Below are positions 29,301-36,409 of a DNA stretch of 64,000 nucleotides, piece by piece. The stretch comes from Patescibacteria group bacterium (GTDB lineage Bacteria; Patescibacteriota; Patescibacteriia; Patescibacteriales; UBA12465). Position numbers and translations under genes: made by a program. How positions within the stretch are numbered: the first letter of the stretch is position 1; each line of letters begins with the position of its first letter. Under the pieces are notes generated by a model. It was not told the origin of the DNA. It saw only the letters and a program-made list of their open reading frames with translations, and made no database searches. The DNA lies in the NCBI GenBank assembly GCA_041661685.1, contig JBAZTY010000003.1:69550-133549 (forward strand), in the 5' to 3' direction.

Positions 29301-32300
29301 GATGGTGAAGCTATTGGTAGTCGCCCCAAAATTGTTATTAGATAATAGCGGTTTGGCGACAGTGACGAACGATAAGCTGACGTCTCCTGAAACGCCGCTG
29401 CCATATTTAACCGTAAAGCTATACAGTTTATTCGGCTCTAATCTGACAATCTGCTGCGTAGCGGTCGGCCGCTGACCGGCAAAAGTTTCACCCGCAAACC
29501 CCCAACCCTCCTTAACCCCCTCTATCGTCTGATAGCTGGAATTAAAGACGAGATTGACCGAGAACTGGCTGACCGGATCAATATATTCCGTACAGCCCGA
29601 CTCATTAGCATTGCAAAGACCGGCCGCCGTATCCGGAATCCAGACCTGATTACCGGCTCCGCCTAAGCCGATAGTCTTATCATAAGATGTAGAACAAGGG
29701 TAATCATTATTATCAATAATACATTTACCCGCGGCACAATCGGTATCACTCGTGCAGATAGCGATGCCTTTTTCCGTTCCGGAAATGGTGTTATCGCTAT
29801 TAGCGTCGCAACGCTTAGCGGCAATCTTATACCAGGCCTTGCCGAATATCTTCGGGTCGGTGCTAGCTCTATAGGTGCAGGTATTAGAACCCGGATTCTT
29901 GAAATAACTCACACTGCTGTCAGCGCTGTTCTGCCATTCTTCGCAGCCGACATTGGGCTTCTGGCATAAAGACTGCGCATAAGTATCCGGATTATTCTGC
30001 CTATAGACGTCTACCCAGGAAGTGACAATCGCTCCGCCCTGTCCCTGTCCTAAGCGGCTGCAGCCCTTGCTGGCCGAAGTGCATAATTTATTTGGATCAT
30101 AAACCGCATAGATAGCGCTATCGCCGGCGACCTTGACGCAATCAACCTCAGTCGGATCGCAGACGTTGTTATTATTAGTATCATTCCAGATGCCGGATTT
30201 ATAAGAAGAATAATTCTTGGTATCCACCATCTGCTCGCAGCCGACGGCTGAGTCCGAGCAAAGCTTCGAAAATTGGCGCAAATTATGCATCAAGCCGCCG
30301 CGATCGGCATATTGAGAACAACCTAGATTATAATCAGCTCCTTGGTACTTATCAAAAATATCATAATAACAGACATCCGGAATCTGACTGGAGCCCTTAA
30401 TCAAATAATAACGGTCGGTGATTTCGGAAAGCACAAAATCGTCAAATAAGAAATTAGCATTAGCGCTGATAATCAGGCGCTCGTTCGGACCGACCGCATG
30501 ATCAAGATCCGCCAGGTTAGCTTGATAAATATTCCATTGATCGCCGCCCTTGACGATTAAGGTGCTAGAAGCGTTGAAATATGATTTCCCGCCAGTATCG
30601 CGATTCAAGAAATATATCTTCAGGCTGGCATCGGTCGTAGCCCGCGCTAAGAATTTTACGGTATAGGCGCTATTCTGATTAACGGAATTGCCGACGGCTA
30701 ACTGAGCGGCGACATTATCGCTCGCCAAAATCCTCTCCATTAAACGAGTCTTAGCAATCGGCGCGCCGGCATCCGTGCCTACGAGCTGACAGCCGCTCGC
30801 GGCGTCCAAATACTGTAAAGAATGCCCATTTTTGGTGTTAGCAATCGTCGAAACGCTCAGGCCGTTAGTGCAATTAGAGGTCCAATAAGCGGCCGCTCCG
30901 CTCTCGAAATCATAAGAAGCCACTAAACGAACGTTATTACCGCTATTGCCGTTATATTCGCGGCAGCTATTCTCGTTAGCTGAGCAGGTCTGGCCTTCCC
31001 CCGGAATCGCCTGATAGACGCAAGCGTTATTATTCGTATCCCAGACGCCGCCATTAGCACAGACATTGCAAGTATTGTCTCCGGCGTTCCAATGCTTATC
31101 AGAGCCGGTGCATTGCGCCGCGGTCAGATTCTTAACGATATTTTTATCACTTAGCCGATAAGCGTGACAGTTATCCGAGCAAGTGATAGTCCGAGAAGCG
31201 AGATGATACGAGACTTGGCCAGAAGCATTATAAAATTCACGACAATCGGCATTATAACCGGCATTACTAATAGGGAGATTATAGATAGCGGCGTTGCACA
31301 AAGCGCTATCATTAGAAGTTACCTCCGGCAAGCCATTCAAGCTTTTAAGAGAATAGGACTTCAGTTGATAACCGCCCTCGGTTCCCTCCCAAGAATAAAA
31401 AGTCGTACAGGTCGCGGCTGCCGGCTTAACGCATTGTTTCAAAGACGTATAATATTCTTTCTGTTCTCCGCCGCTAGCCAGCGCATCCAGATTAGTGAAC
31501 TCATTGCAGCCGGAAGCTTCGGCACTGCAGACAGTCGCTGCTGCCGGAATAAGATTCTCGGCCGCTGCCGGATTAAAATAGCTGGCTTTCGCAATATAAA
31601 CATCATAACCCAAGCATTTATCAGAACAATAATCGCTGCTCACGACCTTGGCCGGAACCGCAAAGTTATCGGCGGCCGACGAATATAATTCGCAGCCGGC
31701 TTCTGACTGGTTGCATTTGCGAGCGAAATTAGAACAAGCGGCCGGAGCATCGCTCTTCAGGCTATAATCCTTAGCCGCGCTGACAGCGTCGACATAGCAT
31801 GATTTTTCTAGATAAGCCGGCAATAATTTTTCATAAACCGTAAATTTCCCGTAAGCATTATAGCCGGTGTCCCAGCTACTGATTTCGAACTTCAGATTCT
31901 TGAGATAAAAAGTCGCTTGTCCGTTAACGCTATAGCCGCTGACGAAGAAATCCGCGTTATTGTAAGCGCTATCCGCCAGACGCGTGATGTTCACGTGCTG
32001 CCAGACGTTCTTAGTGGTGATAGTCTTAGAGAATCCTTCGGAAACCGCGCCTAAGCTAATACTGGCGCTATCGCCGCTAGTCAGATAAAGATCGGCACTG
32101 AGCGTATATGATTGTCCGGAGATAGTCTGGAAATTAGAAGGCAAAAGCGAGGCGGAAGGATTAGAGTAGACGCCGCCGCCAGTCGCGCTCGTCTCTATCT
32201 TCAGAGCCTTGCCACTGGAATCTCCCGGAGTAGCGGCGGAATTAACCACGGTCGCGCGAGCATTATTAAGAGGCCAAGTATTAAGGGCCGGCTGAGTCGC

Positions 32301-34538
32301 AGTTTGTCCGATCTCATCGCTGCCGAAATCAGCATTCATGACTAGATTACCGCCCCAGGTCGGTTTCAGGCGCATGAGTTCAGTACAGCCGCCAGTCGTA
32401 TTATCGCAGACACCGGCGTTCTTATTCAGATAGACGCTTTGACCGCCATTCCAAGAGACGGAATCAGTTGAACTAGCATAGACGCCATTATAGGAATATT
32501 GGCGGCAACCGGAGTTTTCCGAAGTGCAGCTATCATAATCTAAGGTATTTTCCAAATAAGCGACCGAGGTGCCGCTATCAGTATTCGTAAAATCTTGGCA
32601 GGTATTATTTATCGGCTGACAGGAATCAGAGCCGAAGACCCAGGTTCGTCTTTCTTCGTCGCAATAACCGTAAGCATCGCAGCTGCCGTCGCTCTTTTCT
32701 TTGATACAGGTCTGGCTATCGGCGCAGTAAGAATCGGCGCGAGAAAGGCTTAATTCGCTCGGAGTATTATCCGAGCTAGGCATGACCGTCTTGCTCAGTA
32801 TCTGAGCACCAAAACCCTCTTTGCTGCAAGAATTCATCGGCGCTTTCAAGACCCAATTCGGATCAATCAAGCCTTCGCACCAGCCCTGATCATTAACATT
32901 AAAATCTTTGCTAAATTCCGCATATTGGTCATTCGAATCAAAGCAAGACATATAGTCCTTCAAATTCGCCTTTTTCTGATTAGCGTCATTAGCAAAAGCT
33001 CTATTAATGGCTTCTTCCCAACCGACCGGCAGAATCCGATATTTACGCAGTATAGAAATATTACGCAGGCTATAAGCGCCGGCACGATTATCTTTTGTTA
33101 GTTGCCAATCGCCATGCAGATAACCTTCCTTAACCGCTTCCGCTATTGTCTTCTTCTCAGTTATCCCCTGCATGAACTGATCATCGATGACGCACTCGGT
33201 CGGACCGGGGTTTTTAGAATCTGTACAAATAGATAATTCCGATAAAATGTCGTAATCGGCGCGGACTCCAAAATTAGTCTGCAAAAGCTTAGTAGTAATT
33301 TCCTTTAAGGCGGTCGCACTCACATTAGCATTCGGGTCGCTTTCGTAATTTCCAGAGGCTATGCTGGATTTATTAGCCTTAGTAGTCTTCTCTCCTAAAG
33401 TCTGGAGAAGATTATTGAAAGCCGAAAAATATAATTGATTCAAAAAGACATTAGCGGCATCAACTAAGATATCGCCGGTTGTCTTTCCCAAAGCCTGCTG
33501 CCGGGCAGCTCTAGCCGAGTCAGCGGCTGCCTGAGCCTCTCCAGGAACACCTTTCAGAGCGCCAGAAATATCCCGGACGTCGGCCCAGCCTTTATTAGCT
33601 ATGAAGCTATTTCCGGAAGTCAGCTTCTTATCATAAACCTTACTGGATAAATCAGTTTGCGCCAACACGAAAATACCGACGTCGTTAGTGCGCGGATCAA
33701 AAATATTTACAAAAGTATCTAAATAATTCGGGTCCTGAAGCGAATCGAGTTTCTTTTGAATGCTATCACCCCAATCTTTGATCATTCTTGAAGCTGTACA
33801 ATTAGGCGCGGCTGGACGAGTCTGCTCTACTAAACCCAGACCAATCCTAATCTTGGCTTCTAAAGAAGATGGACTACAGACATTAAACGAAGGTGTAACT
33901 TGGTCGGCAGTCGTCTGTGTCTTAGCGGCACAGCTAGTCGCGGCCTTATCGCAAGCAGCGTTACAATTCGTAAGACCGGTACCTACGTTTGTGACTATCG
34001 GATTATCTTCCGTTCCTTCGGTCCAATATTGACGCCCGCTGGCTCGTGAGGCGCAATCGCTTCGACAGGAATCTAATTTTTTAAAACAAGTATCATCGCT
34101 GGTATTATTCAGGTTATTAACGAAACTCTCGATGAACTGACCAGCCGCTTCATCGCCGATCTGTTCTATATAAGCACCAAGACTTTTGGTGATGAACAAA
34201 GGCTTCTGCCCTTTCCCTCCAGAACCGATATAGTTAGCGGTGTCGTAAGCAATCTTATTTAAAGCCGAACTTAAGACTCTCTGGAACGCTAATGATCCGG
34301 CTTTTTGGATCATCTTAGTCGCCCGCTGCCAAAAAGTAAGTTTAACGGCGGCGACAGTATTACCAGATAAAATTTTTACTAAGGCGGCGTTAGAAATAGG
34401 GTCCGCCACCACCATTCCTTGTGCCTGAACATCTTTTAGAGTAAAGACCGCCAAAACAGAAAAAACCAGCAAGAAAAGGACCAATTTCTTACCGGTCTTA
34501 AACTCGGTCTCCTTTTTAAAATTTAGGAAAGACTTCAT
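26313..34538 (-). CDS. Giant (2741 aa) exported cysteine-rich repeat protein with CBM-like modules and C-terminal PKD-like domain
   Basis: Signal-peptide-like N-terminus (VQA-QG); many C-x5-GC repeats; IDWGDGS...HYYSSKG at the C-terminus. Confidence 0.85.
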   Translation of the reverse strand: MKSFLNFKKETEFKTGKKLVLFLLVFSVLAVFTLKDVQAQGMVVADPISNAALVKILSGNTVAAVKLTFWQRATKMIQKAGSLAFQRVLSSALNKIAYDTANYIGSGGKGQKPLFITKSLGAYIEQIGDEAAGQFIESFVNNLNNTSDDTCFKKLDSCRSDCASRASGRQYWTEGTEDNPIVTNVGTGLTNCNAACDKAATSCAAKTQTTADQVTPSFNVCSPSSLEAKIRIGLGLVEQTRPAAPNCTASRMIKDWGDSIQKKLDSLQDPNYLDTFVNIFDPRTNDVGIFVLAQTDLSSKVYDKKLTSGNSFIANKGWADVRDISGALKGVPGEAQAAADSARAARQQALGKTTGDILVDAANVFLNQLYFSAFNNLLQTLGEKTTKANKSSIASGNYESDPNANVSATALKEITTKLLQTNFGVRADYDILSELSICTDSKNPGPTECVIDDQFMQGITEKKTIAEAVKEGYLHGDWQLTKDNRAGAYSLRNISILRKYRILPVGWEEAINRAFANDANQKKANLKDYMSCFDSNDQYAEFSKDFNVNDQGWCEGLIDPNWVLKAPMNSCSKEGFGAQILSKTVMPSSDNTPSELSLSRADSYCADSQTCIKEKSDGSCDAYGYCDEERRTWVFGSDSCQPINNTCQDFTNTDSGTSVAYLENTLDYDSCTSENSGCRQYSYNGVYASSTDSVSWNGGQSVYLNKNAGVCDNTTGGCTELMRLKPTWGGNLVMNADFGSDEIGQTATQPALNTWPLNNARATVVNSAATPGDSSGKALKIETSATGGGVYSNPSASLLPSNFQTISGQSYTLSADLYLTSGDSASISLGAVSEGFSKTITTKNVWQHVNITRLADSAYNNADFFVSGYSVNGQATFYLKNLKFEISSWDTGYNAYGKFTVYEKLLPAYLEKSCYVDAVSAAKDYSLKSDAPAACSNFARKCNQSEAGCELYSSAADNFAVPAKVVSSDYCSDKCLGYDVYIAKASYFNPAAAENLIPAAATVCSAEASGCNEFTNLDALASGGEQKEYYTSLKQCVKPAAATCTTFYSWEGTEGGYQLKSYSLKSLNGLPEVTSNDSALCNAAIYNLPISNAGYNADCREFYNASGQVSYHLASRTITCSDNCHAYRLSDKNIVKNLTAAQCTGSDKHWNAGDNTCNVCANGGVWDTNNNACVYQAIPGEGQTCSANENSCREYNGNSGNNVRLVASYDFESGAAAYWTSNCTNGLSVSTIANTKNGHSLQYLDAASGCQLVGTDAGAPIAKTRLMERILASDNVAAQLAVGNSVNQNSAYTVKFLARATTDASLKIYFLNRDTGGKSYFNASSTLIVKGGDQWNIYQANLADLDHAVGPNERLIISANANFLFDDFVLSEITDRYYLIKGSSQIPDVCYYDIFDKYQGADYNLGCSQYADRGGLMHNLRQFSKLCSDSAVGCEQMVDTKNYSSYKSGIWNDTNNNNVCDPTEVDCVKVAGDSAIYAVYDPNKLCTSASKGCSRLGQGQGGAIVTSWVDVYRQNNPDTYAQSLCQKPNVGCEEWQNSADSSVSYFKNPGSNTCTYRASTDPKIFGKAWYKIAAKRCDANSDNTISGTEKGIAICTSDTDCAAGKCIIDNNDYPCSTSYDKTIGLGGAGNQVWIPDTAAGLCNANESGCTEYIDPVSQFSVNLVFNSSYQTIEGVKEGWGFAGETFAGQRPTATQQIVRLEPNKLYSFTVKYGSGVSGDVSLSFVTVAKPLLSNNNFGATTNSFTISSNLNQPIIFNSINNSSVLVSGGAIGKTIELRELVVDYQLKANTDKTSCNGLVNFDDGCVLFNERSVSGSSGLVSLEKGWDAYKTVSGATPTACSPSIAGSCTANQLLKVRPDRVCSKWLDCVTYIEDPATKTKTCYAVAECNRLDDKNECANFITMPATTRSFDANNDRNATGYSLLNKYHFSQIKQVGFNSDFYADFETSLSLSCHGNIDFSGPKDCPTDLSKAYSIINEPENAPTDYPAQGKSYLKVVAPYQVSTLGDGSDAGIQLTSPALGETNTYYLNYMVNTRGTSLRTKVIITDTDGVVKKDALTGAPLIFYAAAPNGWETKIVKFDIGQGSNKVKIYLTSDTVDLNDANSVYFDNLSIEPVLEIGNNQYAARECRLYPTEDSLTCETKNSNVIKNGLEGYCLEHDSYNPNVCLLWYPVDKISTTRISQPSAYGYKGVYPLDYCTELNGNFDIVDNRTAYWLRHDDSNHGYCDNAYEDDGFKSDSSPCAPGYNRFYYEYSYTRGSVHHCNSDEWCVPKNDTSKRFIIEVVRTADGDSTFPDPSLPTVLGSLDPANFYQGPVYFWSPASTGYTRLLANSDHWVRGSNVSGINYDGFHARLWVLTDGWYKYGGNSTEAENQDLADPSIRVYDYAHPPLTETDLKLISGDDSDALFRLTCNKFIQVVDESGKNKAWAARIEGDPAYPDITPRFFVDNLDKYYGALPKAIDSYGRNRATVPFGAASLPDDLSTQSTPVSLLDRDLKTSGENNILAGRPYGCANGSTSNGCKSIGYCSSDKNVYCLTAAKLISGGDSAVGNLSCGSLGSCVPLWAQPLSPVTDTMSAPDYKNILKTIFMKSFKSYNFKDNAYVLDSNSYSDFTAPAANLPRCTNDKRIGEGLSSFCWIKPVVSNIKLYFGATNTVIPASGIAFDILNKGVYRLEFNSVVDKEQQPLKEIIIDWGDGSLQTITGEDHHPTQASPHVFYHYYSSKGLKTIKLEIRDNWGMYWRNY

Positions 34539-34566
34539 TTTATTAAGATAAATTATTTATTTTTAT

Positions 34567-35241
34567 TTATTGGCTTGAACTTGCGCTAGTACTCTGGGCA
34601 TTAAGCGTTTCCTGATAGCTCTTCATCAAATCCTCATCGCTAATCTGATCGAGATCTTCCTTTGAGGCGCCGCCGGAAATCAGGAATTGACGCAAGGTCG
34701 CAGCGTCGCCCTGGCCGTTCAAGACGTTCTGAAGAATACTCTCATCAACGCCGGTCGTATCAAGACTGGCTGAAGAACTGGCAACGGCCGCAGTATCGGT
34801 CGTGGTAGTGCTGGAAATATCTGAAGCAGTAGAAGTCGCAACTGCGCTCGTATCTATTTGTCCGCTGCAGTCTTTGCCTTGCGGACAAAGCGGGTCGGTC
34901 CCATTGTCAACCTCTTTCTTATCAGAAATACCGTCGCTATCCGTATCTTCTAGATATGGCGAAGTCTTATAGACATAAATTTCGTCATAATCAGACAAGC
35001 CGTCCTTATCGGTATCCATGGTCTTGAGCAGCTTGTTAAAATCTTCTTCGGAAGTATCCGTCGTCGTTGCCGTTTGATAATCAAACGGCCCCTTGATATG
35101 CGCGTTCATCTGCCAGACCCAAAAAATAATAATAAAAACCGCAAAAGCGGCCAAAATAATGACTGCATTCCTTTGCGGCTTAGGTAATCCTCTTGAGTTC
35201 AAATCAGTCTCGTTTCCTCCCCAATTTTTTTGTATCGGCAT
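34567..35241 (-). CDS. Membrane-anchored protein with DxDxDG Ca-binding (TSP3-like) repeats
   Basis: TM helix then DTDKDGLSDYDE and DTDSDGISDKKE; ATG 35241 preferred. Confidence 0.8.
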   Translation of the reverse strand: MPIQKNWGGNETDLNSRGLPKPQRNAVIILAAFAVFIIIFWVWQMNAHIKGPFDYQTATTTDTSEEDFNKLLKTMDTDKDGLSDYDEIYVYKTSPYLEDTDSDGISDKKEVDNGTDPLCPQGKDCSGQIDTSAVATSTASDISSTTTTDTAAVASSSASLDTTGVDESILQNVLNGQGDAATLRQFLISGGASKEDLDQISDEDLMKSYQETLNAQSTSASSSQ

Positions 35242-35282
35242 AATAATCAAACTAAACCAAAAATGGTTTTTGATTATTTTTA

Positions 35283-36137
35283 TTATACCATAAACGGTTT
35301 CAAAGCCGCAAATAATTTTTGCCAATCTTCAAGGAATAAATCTTCGGCCCGAGCGGCATTTTTTATCCCTGCCTTAATCAATGTATCTTCAATGGCTTTC
35401 GGCTCGACTCTGAGGCCGGCGGCCAGATTATTCTTGAGCATTTTCCGCTTAGAACTGAAGCCGATCTTCACTATCCTGAAAAAATCTTTATCGGCTTTCG
35501 TGTCAAAAGGCTGAGGCTTGAGATCTATCCTGATAACAGCGCTATCAACCTTTGGCTCCGGCCAAAAATTTCCGGCTTTAACCTCGCGGATAATCTTCGG
35601 AGCGGCATAATACTGGACGGAAAGCGCTAAGACACTCATCTCCGGCGGCGCGGCGGCGATACGTTCGGCCACTTCTTTCTGAAGCATCAGGATAAGCGCT
35701 TCCGGCTTATGTTCAGAGGTTAAAAAACGGCGCAAAAAGATAGAAGTAATATTATAAGGCAGGTTAGCGACAATCTTGTATTTCAAGGGCAAATCCAGCT
35801 TCTTAAAATAAGCTTCCAGATTAAAATCTAAAATATTCTCGTTAATTATAGCAACGTTTTCAATTCCCTGTGAATCAATGCCAGTCTGGAGATACTCGGC
35901 TAATTTATTATCCAGTTCGACGGCCACTACCTGTTTAACTTTAGCCGCCAGCTTAGCGGTCAAAAAACCTAAGCCTGGACCAACTTCAAGCACAATATCA
36001 TCCGGCTTCAGGTCGGCCGCTTTAATGATGTCGTCATAAATCTTTTCATTAATTAAAAAATTCTGACCCTTGGATCGCGCCGGCTTAATTTCAAAGATGT
36101 GACAGATTTCTCTAGTTTTCGCTAATAGATCGGACAT
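35283..36137 (-). CDS. rsmA: 16S rRNA adenine dimethyltransferase RsmA/KsgA
   Basis: GQNFL, EVGPGLG, ANLPYNI, MLQKEVAER, PEPKVDSAV. Confidence 0.96.
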   Translation of the reverse strand: MSDLLAKTREICHIFEIKPARSKGQNFLINEKIYDDIIKAADLKPDDIVLEVGPGLGFLTAKLAAKVKQVVAVELDNKLAEYLQTGIDSQGIENVAIINENILDFNLEAYFKKLDLPLKYKIVANLPYNITSIFLRRFLTSEHKPEALILMLQKEVAERIAAAPPEMSVLALSVQYYAAPKIIREVKAGNFWPEPKVDSAVIRIDLKPQPFDTKADKDFFRIVKIGFSSKRKMLKNNLAAGLRVEPKAIEDTLIKAGIKNAARAEDLFLEDWQKLFAALKPFMV

Positions 36138-36210
36138 AGACTAGAAGTTAAAAAGATTTATTTTTTATTAATATTTTATTAATGCCTAGTTTGCTATCGT
36201 GCTCTTCAGT

Positions 36211-36279
36211 GGGCCCGGTGTTGGCCACAAACTCATTCTTGACAATTGAGTCTTCGGGGTTCGATCCCCCGCGGGTCCA
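36211..36279 (+). ncRNA. Non-canonical 69-nt tRNA-like RNA (Ala identity G3:U70, A73; tmRNA-TLD-like geometry)
   Basis: Acceptor GGGCCCG/CGGGTCC-A; T arm CGGGG-TTCGATC-CCCCG; 13-nt D region; ACTCA/TGAGT stem; 3-nt linker. Confidence 0.75.
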
Positions 36280-36305
36280 CAGGGAGGAAAAATTTAATTG
36301 AAAAT

Positions 36306-36334
36306 TTGACTCAAAAAAAAATTTTTGCTAAGAT
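36306..36334 (+). promoter_or_regulatory. sigma70-type promoter with no downstream protein gene (drives sRNA-1)
   Basis: TTGACT-17bp-TAAGAT with extended TG. Confidence 0.7.
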
Positions 36335-36340
36335 ACTATT

Positions 36341-36409
36341 ATCGTCAAGAATGAGAAAATAACCAACGCAAGACTTAAAAACATTCCGCCTTCTGGCGGA
36401 TTGTTTTTT
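36341..36409 (+). ncRNA. Putative small RNA 1, complementary to the tRNA-like RNA
   Basis: Bounded by promoter and TCCGCC/GGCGGA-U-tract terminator; three complementary segments (12, 7 and 9 nt). Confidence 0.6.
36361..36409 (+). repeat. 49-bp direct repeat, copy 1 (includes bidirectional terminator after leuS)
   Basis: 41/49 identical to 38897-38945 by manual alignment. Confidence 0.85.

Noticed and set aside
36211-36279. Ordinary tRNA-Val(GAC) or tRNA-Ser(TGA)
   Set aside because: The Val register leaves the anticodon stem mostly unpaired; the Ser register lacks the long variable arm, G73 and purine 37; the D arm is non-canonical in both
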